DNA of 64,000 nucleotides from Candidatus Woesearchaeota archaeon (GTDB taxonomy: Archaea > Nanobdellota > Nanobdellia > Woesearchaeales > GW2011-AR15), in NCBI GenBank assembly GCA_016935095.1, contig JAFGRO010000002.1, forward strand, positions 3,306-67,305, in the 5' to 3' direction. The notes beneath the pieces are model-generated. The model had not been told where the DNA came from. It ran no database searches and was given only the letters and a program-made list of their open reading frames with translations. Both the position numbers and the translations under genes were made by a program. Numbering within the stretch: the stretch's first letter is position 1; each line of letters begins with the position of its first letter. Of this stretch, positions 46,134 through 54,687 are shown piece by piece.

Positions 46134-47309
46134 CTAATTACATTTATCTAGAAGCCTTTTATAGACTTTAATCGTTTCAAGACACATTCTTTTTATTGTA
46201 TAAAACTCAGCTGTTTTTTCTCCTTGTTTAATAATCTTTTTCCTTAATTTATTGTTATTTATTAATCCAAGTGTATATTCTGCAAATTTATTATAATCTC
46301 CTGGATCAACAACAAAACCGTTTATGCTGTTTTTTATCAGCTCTTTTGTGCCGCCCACATTTCCTCCGATACATGGAATCTTCGAGACCATTGCCTCTAG
46401 GAACACAATGCCGAATCCCTCTATCAGAGAGGGCATAGCAAATATATCTGATCTTTGGAAGTAACTCAGGGTTTTTTCATATTCCTGCAGGCCTAGAAAC
46501 TCAAATTTGTCCAGAACATTATACTTCCTGCATAAATCCTTCAGTTTATTTTCATTCGGATCTTTTCCAATAACATAGACTTTAATATCCGGAATACTCT
46601 TTTCAATTAATGGAACTGCTTTTATTATTGTAGGAAGGCCTTTTCTCTGATAATTCCCGCCTACAAATAATATTCTCTTGCCAGATTGCTTTATTTTTTT
46701 GAGTTTTTTAATCCTATTTAAATTGATTCCATAGTAGATTGTTCTTAGCTTATTTTTGCTGATTTTGTATACTTTGTTCATTATATTACCAATATAATCT
46801 GTGTTGGTAATAACATAGTCTAATCTCGGAAGGGAAATTCTTTCCATAAAATTTACAAAATTATAATAAGCCCATCTTTTTATCCAGTCTCTATAGAATC
46901 TTTTATAGTAAAAAGGGTTTAAGCTTGCACTGGCAAAATAATAGTCATTCATCGTGCCAATGACCTTTGTTGAGTTTTTTTTCCTGCATAAGTTATAGAA
47001 CAGAGATTCTCTTGCATCAGTAAAATGAATTATGTCAAACTTTCCTTTTTTTTCAAGTTTTTTTAATAACTTAGCGAATTCATATGAAAGGCTGAACCAA
47101 GAACCGTGAGTTATATCAATCCTGGATTTTTTTACTCTATAAATGCATATGTTTTTTTCTTTTTTGAAAACCGAATCATCCGGGCAGATGACTGTTTTTT
47201 TAAATGAATCATTTGAAAGATTATTTATCAGATTAGTAGAATACGTTCCGATGCCTGATCTATTTACACCGTATTGCTGGGTAACAAAACAGATTTTTAT
47301 TTTTTTCAT
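46134..47309 (-). CDS. GT-B glycosyltransferase, family 4-like
   Basis: FAMPSLIEGFGIVFLEAMVSKIPCIGGNVGG is the EX7E motif. Confidence 0.8.
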   Translation of the reverse strand: MKKIKICFVTQQYGVNRSGIGTYSTNLINNLSNDSFKKTVICPDDSVFKKEKNICIYRVKKSRIDITHGSWFSLSYEFAKLLKKLEKKGKFDIIHFTDARESLFYNLCRKKNSTKVIGTMNDYYFASASLNPFYYKRFYRDWIKRWAYYNFVNFMERISLPRLDYVITNTDYIGNIMNKVYKISKNKLRTIYYGINLNRIKKLKKIKQSGKRILFVGGNYQRKGLPTIIKAVPLIEKSIPDIKVYVIGKDPNENKLKDLCRKYNVLDKFEFLGLQEYEKTLSYFQRSDIFAMPSLIEGFGIVFLEAMVSKIPCIGGNVGGTKELIKNSINGFVVDPGDYNKFAEYTLGLINNNKLRKKIIKQGEKTAEFYTIKRMCLETIKVYKRLLDKCN

Positions 47310-47359
47310 AGTTCTTTTCTTTATTAAATCTTGACTCTGGAAAACAGGTTGAGTTTTTT

Positions 47360-47380
47360 TTCATATTTTTTCATATTAAT
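47360..47380. promoter_or_regulatory. Tandem 10-bp repeat TTCATATTTT/TTCATATTAA about 55 nt upstream of the third B12-radical-SAM gene. Same motif as at 14351-14370.
   Basis: Direct sequence comparison: TTCGTATTTT x2 upstream of 14508 against TTCATATTTT x2 upstream of 47431. Confidence 0.45.
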
Positions 47381-47430
47381 TTTGAAAACTATAAAAAACT
47401 ATTTAAAAAACAATCTGTTTCTTATCAATC

Positions 47431-49164
47431 GTGATTTTAGTGAGGGGAACTATTAAAAATAAAACTACAAAAATTCTCCTGGTTAAAGCCCCGGATGTAT
47501 ATACAAAATACGGCCGCGGAGGCGAGATATGGCTTCCTATAGAGTTAGCCGAGTTAGCTGCGTATGTTTTAAAACATAATAAAAATGTGAATATTGAGAT
47601 ATTTTCCCCCCATCTGGAAAAACTGCCTTTTAGAAAAGTAGTTAACAAATGCTGTTCTGGAAATTATGATATAATAGGCATTTCATATATGACGGTGTCT
47701 GCAGATTATGCTTACCAGCTCTCTTCTTTTATAAAAAAATTTACCAAGTCCCTGCTTGTTCACGGAGGCACACATGTAACTTTATGCCCTAATGAAGTAA
47801 TTGAACATTGCGATATAGGCATTATTGGCGAAGGCGAATTGACTTTTTCGGAGATAATTGAAAAATATCAGCAAAAAGCATTAACTCTTTCAAAGATAAA
47901 AGGAATTGTTTACAAGGAAAATAATAATATAAAAATAACCCCTTCAAGGGAATTTATTAAAGATATGGATGAAATGCCCTTTCCAAGATATGACCTTCTG
48001 CCAATGGATAAATATGATAAGCCGCTGCATTATACCGGTGAGAGGATGATTGATATTATGGAATCCCGCGGTTGTCCCTATAATTGCTCATTTTGCGTTT
48101 CACCAACACACTGGAGAAGAAGATTAAGAATGCACTCTCCACAGTATATTATAAACCATATTAAATTGTTGATTAAGAATTATAATATAACTAATTTCCA
48201 TTTCCACGGAGATAATTTCATGATTCAGCCCGGATTTGTGAAAAGATTATGCGACTTGATAATAAAAAACAAACTAAAAATCAAATGGTGTGCATTAACA
48301 AGACCCGAGCATGTTATTAAACATAAAAATTTATTACCTTTAATGAAAAAAGCCGGTTGTTTTGGCATTGAAATCGGAATAGACAGTGCAGAAGAAAACG
48401 CACTGGCTGCAACAAATAAGGGACAGGATTTAAGCACAGCATTAAATGCCTTAAAAATTCTTAAAAAAAAGGGAATGATTCTGTTATATACCTTAATGGG
48501 CTTTAATCCGGAAGAAACAATCTATGGCTATTATAAGCAGCAGATAGTTGTTTTCAAAAAAATATTTGGCTTTGATACTATTAAGGGCGGGCAGGCATCT
48601 ACGCCGTACCCTTCAACGGATTATGGAATAAACTATGGCAGATATGGTGTTTTATTGGCTCATACATGGGATGAATATGACCATTCTCTAATCCCTTTTA
48701 TTCCTAATTCATTATTAGACGGAAAACCCCTGAGAACCAAAAAAAAGTTATGGTTAAACGATTATTATATAATTATAGGTGGTTATTATAATTGGAGGGT
48801 TGATATATTCCCTGTATATAATTCATTGTTTACAAGATTCTTTCTATCATTGGATTATATGAGGAGACTAAAGAGATTTTACTCGCTTTGTTTTGGCAAG
48901 TATACTCTTAGGGAGATTGCAACAATTATTGAAAACCACACCGGAATGAAACATGAAGAATCTATGAGATTCTGTGGGTTCTGTACTTTAATTCTTGCTA
49001 AAATGGGCCTTATAACTGATGCTAACCTTGACCCAATAAAAAGAGCTGAAATAAAGCCGATTTATAAGGGATTTTCTGGAAATTTGAAATCCTTGTTCAT
49101 CTACATATTAATGGCAGTGAGATTTTATTTCGGGAATAAGGAAAGGATTAAAGGAAGAATGTAA
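47431..49164 (+). CDS. Cobalamin-binding radical SAM protein (third paralog); GTG start per ORF track
   Basis: B12-binding-like N-terminal domain (ILLVKAPDV...DIIGISYMT...LLVHGGTH). Radical-SAM motif SRGCPYNCSFC. Paralogous to 14508..15953 and 28388..29935. Confidence 0.8.
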   Translation: MILVRGTIKNKTTKILLVKAPDVYTKYGRGGEIWLPIELAELAAYVLKHNKNVNIEIFSPHLEKLPFRKVVNKCCSGNYDIIGISYMTVSADYAYQLSSFIKKFTKSLLVHGGTHVTLCPNEVIEHCDIGIIGEGELTFSEIIEKYQQKALTLSKIKGIVYKENNNIKITPSREFIKDMDEMPFPRYDLLPMDKYDKPLHYTGERMIDIMESRGCPYNCSFCVSPTHWRRRLRMHSPQYIINHIKLLIKNYNITNFHFHGDNFMIQPGFVKRLCDLIIKNKLKIKWCALTRPEHVIKHKNLLPLMKKAGCFGIEIGIDSAEENALAATNKGQDLSTALNALKILKKKGMILLYTLMGFNPEETIYGYYKQQIVVFKKIFGFDTIKGGQASTPYPSTDYGINYGRYGVLLAHTWDEYDHSLIPFIPNSLLDGKPLRTKKKLWLNDYYIIIGGYYNWRVDIFPVYNSLFTRFFLSLDYMRRLKRFYSLCFGKYTLREIATIIENHTGMKHEESMRFCGFCTLILAKMGLITDANLDPIKRAEIKPIYKGFSGNLKSLFIYILMAVRFYFGNKERIKGRM

Positions 49165-49200
49165 ATAGTTTTTAAAACAACTTACCTTTCCTATATTAAT

Positions 49201-49866
49201 ATGCTAAATCCAGGAACAGATGCAATTAAGAAATTAATTGACAATTATTACCCTAATTTAAATATGCTCTATGGTCCTGCTGCTTCAGGAAAAACAACCT
49301 GCTGTTATCTTGCATCAATTGAATGCGCCAAACTTGGAAAAAAAACAATCTATATTGATACTGAAAATGGTTTTAACACAGAAAGATTTGCTCAGCTGGC
49401 CGGAGATGATTCTACAGGGTTTCTGAAAAATATTTTCCTGCTCAAAATTAATTCTTTTAATGAGCAAAGGGATTTTTTCAGAAAGCTTCCAGAATTAGCA
49501 TCTAATAAAAAAATAAAACTGATTATAGTAGATACAATCGGAAAACATTACAGGCGAGCTTTAAAAGAAAACCATTACATGGCAAATAATGCAATGCTCA
49601 AGGAGTTGAGAATCTTAAAAGAAATATCAGCTAAGAACAAAATAATCTTAATTGCAAACCAGGTCTATCAGAACATTGAAAAATATAATGAAGTTAACAT
49701 GGTTGGCGGAAATCTGGTAAAAGAAAAAATGGACTGCCTGGTTGAGCTGCAAAAAACAGTCTATAATAACAGGTATGCGGTTTTAAGAAAATATTTTGAT
49801 GAAAATTTTAAATTAAATGAAAAGATTAAGTTTGAGATAACTGAAAAAGGTATTTTTAATTTATGA
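49201..49866 (+). CDS. radB: RadB, archaeal RecA/RadA paralog
   Basis: Walker A LYGPAASGKTT and YIDTENGFNTERFAQLAG closely match archaeal RadB (YGPYASGKTT...YVDTEGGFSPERL). 221 aa. Confidence 0.8.
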   Translation: MLNPGTDAIKKLIDNYYPNLNMLYGPAASGKTTCCYLASIECAKLGKKTIYIDTENGFNTERFAQLAGDDSTGFLKNIFLLKINSFNEQRDFFRKLPELASNKKIKLIIVDTIGKHYRRALKENHYMANNAMLKELRILKEISAKNKIILIANQVYQNIEKYNEVNMVGGNLVKEKMDCLVELQKTVYNNRYAVLRKYFDENFKLNEKIKFEITEKGIFNL

Positions 49867-50703
49867 TTATTTTTTCTCTCCTGTGACGCCATTGAACACT
49901 TCTTTTAATGAAGAAAATCCTGCAATCCCTAATCTTTTGATTACGTTTTTCTTTAAATCAATGTTCCTGTGTTTGGCTCCGGGGTTGCCTGTGTAATGGA
50001 ATAATTTTCCATGTTTTTTAATTACCCTGAATAGTTCATTATAGAATTCCTGAGAATAAAGTAAATTAGCTAAGCTTAATCTAGGGGGATCATGAATAAT
50101 CCTGTCAAAAAAATCATTTTTTAATTCTTTTATATCCTGAAATATGTCTCCTTTTTTTCTTATTATTTTTTTATTGTCAAACAAATCTTCAGACCAGGGA
50201 TTTATCTTCTCGAGTTCAATGACTGCATCGTCTCTTTCAAAAGTATGGACCGAATCAGCAGTTTCTGAGGCCATTATTGCAGTATAACCAAGACCGGTGC
50301 ATGTATCAAGGACATTGCCAATGCAGGGTTTGATAAAGCTTATTTTTTTAATAGTATCCTGCTTAGGCGTAATGTCTTTCACACAATGCATCCTTATACC
50401 TGAGATTTCAATTGTGGGCCATGATTTAGTCGGAAATAACTTATAGTATTTGTTGGTTTTTTCAGAAAAAAACTCAATCTTTTCAATGCCGTTATTTTTT
50501 ATGAAAAAACAGCTTGTGTCTTTTTTAATGATTTTTTTGACTATTTGTTCTTCAATAAATTGATTATCCGGGAAAATAAATCTATTGGATTTTATGATTA
50601 TATTATTTTGCGTTTTTCCTAAATCTAAAGATATATTTACAGAAGAAGCTCCTGTTTTCTTTGCCTGCAGAAGCTGGTTTGCCTGAAAATAAGAGATTAT
50701 CAT
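49867..50703 (-). CDS. Putative SAM-dependent methyltransferase (N-methyltransferase-like D-P-P-R motif)
   Basis: VLDTCTGLGYTAIMAS is motif I-like. IIHDPPR resembles the (D/N)PP(Y/F) motif IV of amino-methyltransferases. Confidence 0.55.
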   Translation of the reverse strand: MIISYFQANQLLQAKKTGASSVNISLDLGKTQNNIIIKSNRFIFPDNQFIEEQIVKKIIKKDTSCFFIKNNGIEKIEFFSEKTNKYYKLFPTKSWPTIEISGIRMHCVKDITPKQDTIKKISFIKPCIGNVLDTCTGLGYTAIMASETADSVHTFERDDAVIELEKINPWSEDLFDNKKIIRKKGDIFQDIKELKNDFFDRIIHDPPRLSLANLLYSQEFYNELFRVIKKHGKLFHYTGNPGAKHRNIDLKKNVIKRLGIAGFSSLKEVFNGVTGEKK

Positions 50704-50704
50704 T

Positions 50705-51568
50705 TTAACCAGAAATCCGTAATGCAGAAAAGATCATAATGAATGCAGCAGCAAATCTGATTGCATAAACCTTTAGTGAATGTTTCTCAAGTAAATCAGG
50801 CTTAAAAAGAGATACTAAAAAGACAATGAACATTGAAAAAGGCAAGGAAATTATTGAGGTTGAGATACTTACATTTGAAGCATAGGCAAGGTTTGCAGAG
50901 ATATTTCCAAGGGCAATGCAAAGAGCAGCAATACCAACACTGCCAATCTGTTTTATATTTATTTTAAAAACTTCTTTATAAAATAAAGGAAGTGTAAAGA
51001 GTAATATAATTTGTGTAATCAGTGGATTAAATAAATTTGTTTCCCAATAGCCAGTATCTGCAACTGCTTTGTTTATGTATATCCCTGTCAAAGCTAAAAA
51101 TAAAGCCATAAGCAATCCATAAAGAACTGATTTTCTGAAAAATGATTTTAAATTAAACTTTTCATCAAGACTCACAAAAAATCCAGCAAAAATTATTAAT
51201 ATAATGAATACAATTTGGTTAAAAGTTAAGACTTCTCTTAAAATAATAAAACTTAATAATACAGCAAATACTGTCCTGAAATTAAACAGAGGACTCATAA
51301 CAGTCACATCAAGATGATAAAATGATAAAATATAAAAAATTAGGAACAGGGCATTAAATACAGCAGATAAAATCAGATTTTCCCAACTTATTGGGATTCC
51401 AACATTATTCTTTATTGCTAATGGAATTGTAAAAATAAGTGAAAAAAGCGCAAAAAGGAAATTAAACAACCAGAAATTCTTAATTGTATATTTGCTTGTA
51501 AGTTTTCCTATTACATTTGTAAGGCCATATAAAATAGCAGCCAACCAGGCGTATATTACATATGACAT
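50705..51568 (-). CDS. EamA/DMT-superfamily transporter (10 TM, two EamA repeats)
   Basis: Two 5-TM halves with the typical start LAAILYGLTNVIGKL. 287 aa. Confidence 0.7.
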   Translation of the reverse strand: MSYVIYAWLAAILYGLTNVIGKLTSKYTIKNFWLFNFLFALFSLIFTIPLAIKNNVGIPISWENLILSAVFNALFLIFYILSFYHLDVTVMSPLFNFRTVFAVLLSFIILREVLTFNQIVFIILIIFAGFFVSLDEKFNLKSFFRKSVLYGLLMALFLALTGIYINKAVADTGYWETNLFNPLITQIILLFTLPLFYKEVFKINIKQIGSVGIAALCIALGNISANLAYASNVSISTSIISLPFSMFIVFLVSLFKPDLLEKHSLKVYAIRFAAAFIMIFSALRISG

Positions 51569-51633
51569 AAACCAAGGATTATAATTCAGTATTAATATAA
51601 TTTACTAATATTTAGAATAATAAATAAAAAAAA

Positions 51634-52233
51634 TTATTCAGGAGTAAAGTCTTCAATTGTATATTTGAACTCTTTTTCCTTGAATTGTCCTTTTGCTTTT
51701 AGGAATTCTTTGGTCAATATATAGAATAATAATCCAAGGCTTTTCTTTCCTTTATTGTTGCAAGGGACAACCAGGTCAATGTTATTGCTTTGGTTGTTTG
51801 TGTCACATAATGCAATGATAGGAATCCCTATTTTTAATGCATCCAGTACAGCATTCCTGTCAGGCCATGAGTCTGTTACAACAAGGACCTTTGGCTCAAT
51901 AAAATTCTTAAGCTGTGGGTTTGTAAGCATTCCCGGAGGATATCTTCCTGCAACTATCTGTGCGCCTGTTATTTTTCCGAACATCTTTACTGGAAGCCAT
52001 CCGTTTTCACGCCTGCTTACAATGAGAATATCTTCTGGCTCGTACTGTGCTAAAAAATTTGCCATTATTTTTGTTCTTTCATTGATTTTTTGCACATTCA
52101 ATACGCTTAGACCGTCTGGTCTTGTCTTGTAAATGAATTGCTCCATGTACTTTGTCTTGAATTTAGTTCCGATATGGATTCCTGCTTTTAGATAAACATC
52201 ATTTGGAACCAGTAGTTCTTCTTCTTTTGCCAT
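51634..52233 (-). CDS. rps2: 30S ribosomal protein S2 (uS2), archaeal type
   Basis: LLVPNDVYLKAGIHIGTKFKTKYMEQFIY...RPDGLSVLNVQKINERTKIMANF matches archaeal uS2. About 200 aa with no bacterial-type extensions. Confidence 0.9.
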   Translation of the reverse strand: MAKEEELLVPNDVYLKAGIHIGTKFKTKYMEQFIYKTRPDGLSVLNVQKINERTKIMANFLAQYEPEDILIVSRRENGWLPVKMFGKITGAQIVAGRYPPGMLTNPQLKNFIEPKVLVVTDSWPDRNAVLDALKIGIPIIALCDTNNQSNNIDLVVPCNNKGKKSLGLLFYILTKEFLKAKGQFKEKEFKYTIEDFTPE

Positions 52234-52566
52234 ATTGAGTCACCTTTAGTTTTGATTACTGCACAGAATAAAGAAACAATCTATTCCTGCTTCTTTATCG
52301 CCCAAGCAGCACGATACAAGTCCCTTTGAGCTAACCTTGTATCAAGGCAATGTATGCATGAAAACATAAGTGATTTATAAAAGTTGCCATAACTTTTATA
52401 TATAAGTTTAGGTTCTCATTAGAACTATGTCTGGCAGAATAAACAAAAAATTTTTAATTTTTGCTAGTTTAAGTTCTCTAATTATTATTGCTATTATATA
52501 GAATTGCCCTAGTCTTTTTTTTACTAGGGTTATTAAATTCATAGATTAGAGAATAAGAGAAAAAAA

Positions 52567-53691
52567 ATGTATATTTGCGGAGTAGGAAGGACAAAATTCG
52601 GGAAACTTGAACTGGAATTACCAGAGATTATGACAGAGGCAGTTACAAAAGCATTAATAGATGCAAAATTAAGATTAAAAGATATTGATGCAATATTTAT
52701 TTCAAATAATCTGGCTGGGTTAAACCAGGGGCAATTGCACCTTAACTCTTTGTTAGCAACTATTTTGAAAATTGATATACCTATATTTAGACTAGAATCA
52801 ACATGCGCTTCAGGAGGCGCTACATTTTACAATAGCTTGTTTTCACTTTCTAAATTCAAGAATATACTTGTTTTAGGCGTGGAAAAGATGACAGGCCTTG
52901 CATCAGATTTGCTTTCAACAAATATTGGCACAACATCTGACCTGAACCTGGACCAGGAACAGGGTTTTATTTTTCCTGTTGGCGCAGCTATGATTATTGA
53001 AAGATATGAAAAAAGATTCGGGAATGTGATGGATGACCTTGCTTTAATCTCTTTAAAAAACCATGAAAACGGAAACTTGAATGAGTATGCCCATTTCTAT
53101 GGAAAAGAAGTCACTCTTGAAAAAATCAAGGGTTCAAGGACAATAGTTGGAAAATTGAGATTATATGACTGCTCTCCTGTTTCAGACGGTGCAGTTGCCT
53201 TGGTTGTATCCAAACAAAAAAGAGATAGACGCTCAATAAAGATTCAGGCTTGTGAAATGGCGACAGGACCTATCTCTTTAAGTTTAAATCCCAGAACAAG
53301 CATGCCTGCTGTTAAAACAGCATGTAAAAGAGCATTAAGCTCTGCAGGAATGAAGATTTTAGATATGGACTTAATTGAGATTCATGACGGCTATACAATC
53401 ATTGAATTGATTACAATGGAAGATCTTGGATTATGCAAACCAGGACAAGCAGGTAAACTTATAAGAGAAGGTAAAACAAAACTCAATGGAAAAATTCCTA
53501 TTAATACTGATGGCGGCTTAAAAGCAAACGGCCATCCGATTGGTGCGACCGGATTAGCACAGATTTATGAAATAGTCACACAGTTGAGAGGAGAAGCAGG
53601 CAAAAGACAGGTAAATGCAAAAACAGGTCTAGCACATAATATCGGAGGAATGGTTGGAAGCTGTGTTGTCAGCATATTTAAGAGAGATTAA
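52567..53691 (+). CDS. Thiolase-like protein (archaeal acetyl-CoA acetyltransferase / SCP-x-type thiolase)
   Basis: MYICGVGRTKFGK. Nucleophile-Cys region ESTCASGGATF. C-terminal GHPIGATGL...NIGGMVGSCVV. Followed by a DUF35 partner, as in archaea. Confidence 0.85.
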   Translation: MYICGVGRTKFGKLELELPEIMTEAVTKALIDAKLRLKDIDAIFISNNLAGLNQGQLHLNSLLATILKIDIPIFRLESTCASGGATFYNSLFSLSKFKNILVLGVEKMTGLASDLLSTNIGTTSDLNLDQEQGFIFPVGAAMIIERYEKRFGNVMDDLALISLKNHENGNLNEYAHFYGKEVTLEKIKGSRTIVGKLRLYDCSPVSDGAVALVVSKQKRDRRSIKIQACEMATGPISLSLNPRTSMPAVKTACKRALSSAGMKILDMDLIEIHDGYTIIELITMEDLGLCKPGQAGKLIREGKTKLNGKIPINTDGGLKANGHPIGATGLAQIYEIVTQLRGEAGKRQVNAKTGLAHNIGGMVGSCVVSIFKRD

Positions 53692-53692
53692 A

Positions 53693-53941
53693 ATGCCTTA
53701 TAAATGCAATAAATGCAAAAAACAATGGATGCATAAGATAGGAAAATGCATATTCTGTGATGGAGAGCTGCATGAAATTATCCCTGAAAACCTTGAAGTA
53801 ATGCATTGTATAGAGGTAAATATACCTTCAAAACAACATCCTGAGGTTCCTTATTATGTTTTGCAGGTCAAAGATAAATCAGGCAATATCTATTTCAGAA
53901 AATCCAAAACACAAAAAAAACCAGGTGAAAAATGGGCTTAA
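53693..53941 (+). CDS. DUF35-family Zn-ribbon/OB-fold protein (thiolase partner). Start chosen at MPYKC.
   Basis: CNKCKKQ...CIFCDGE is a four-Cys ribbon, followed by an OB-like segment. Sits immediately after the thiolase. Confidence 0.7.
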   Translation: MPYKCNKCKKQWMHKIGKCIFCDGELHEIIPENLEVMHCIEVNIPSKQHPEVPYYVLQVKDKSGNIYFRKSKTQKKPGEKWA

Positions 53942-54687
53942 TCAATATAGAGACAAACGGAAAAATCTGTACAATAGCTCTTAACAGAGAGCAAAGGCTG
54001 AATGCATTGAACACAGAATTGATTAATGAATTAGCTAATGCAATACAAAATCTAAAGGATGAAAGAATTGTTATTTTTAAAGGAAAGGGAAAAGCATTTG
54101 CAGCAGGTGCTGATGTTAAAGAAATGAGTGAAATGGATAATTCCAAACTAAAGGAATTTTCTAAAAAAGGCCAGCAGCTTTTAAATAGAATTGAAGACCT
54201 TGATAAACTGACAATTGCTGTTATTAATGGATTTTGTTTCGGAGGAGGTCTTGAACTTGCATGTGCATGCGATTTAAGAATTTCTTCAAAAATCTCAAAA
54301 TTCGGTCTTCCTGAATTAAAGCTGGGAGTGATTCCCGGATTCGGCGCTTTTTTCCGTGTGCAGAAATTAATCGGCAATTCCGGATTAAAAAATATTCTTT
54401 TCACAGGAAAAATAATTAATGCTGAAGAGGCAAAGGCAATTGGATTAGTTAATGAAATTGCAGAAGATGCTGAAAAAGAAGCTGAAAAAATAATTAATAA
54501 TTTTTTAGAGAATATATCATTTACTGCTTTTGTAAAAGCAAAGACAGTTCTTAATAAAAATCGGTTAAAGAACAGGAATGAATTATTAGAGTTGGAAAAT
54601 AAAACTTTTTCAGATGTCTGCACGCATAATGATAAAAAAGAAGGGATACGTGCTTTTTTAGAAAAAAGAGAACCAAAATTTGAATGA
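53932..54687 (+). CDS. Enoyl-CoA hydratase/isomerase (crotonase superfamily)
   Basis: ICTIALNREQRLNALN...AFAAGADVKEM...AVINGFCFGGGLELACACDLRI are crotonase oxyanion-hole motifs. Confidence 0.85.
   Translation: MGLINIETNGKICTIALNREQRLNALNTELINELANAIQNLKDERIVIFKGKGKAFAAGADVKEMSEMDNSKLKEFSKKGQQLLNRIEDLDKLTIAVINGFCFGGGLELACACDLRISSKISKFGLPELKLGVIPGFGAFFRVQKLIGNSGLKNILFTGKIINAEEAKAIGLVNEIAEDAEKEAEKIINNFLENISFTAFVKAKTVLNKNRLKNRNELLELENKTFSDVCTHNDKKEGIRAFLEKREPKFE

Noticed and set aside
52234-52566. Candidate tRNA or other structured RNA gene in the long rps2-thiolase spacer
   Set aside because: Hairpins are present but no cloverleaf can be drawn. No acceptor stem / T-arm (GTTCRANYC-like) arrangement. 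GC content far below archaeal tRNA norms. Kept only as a possible regulatory or sRNA region in findings.
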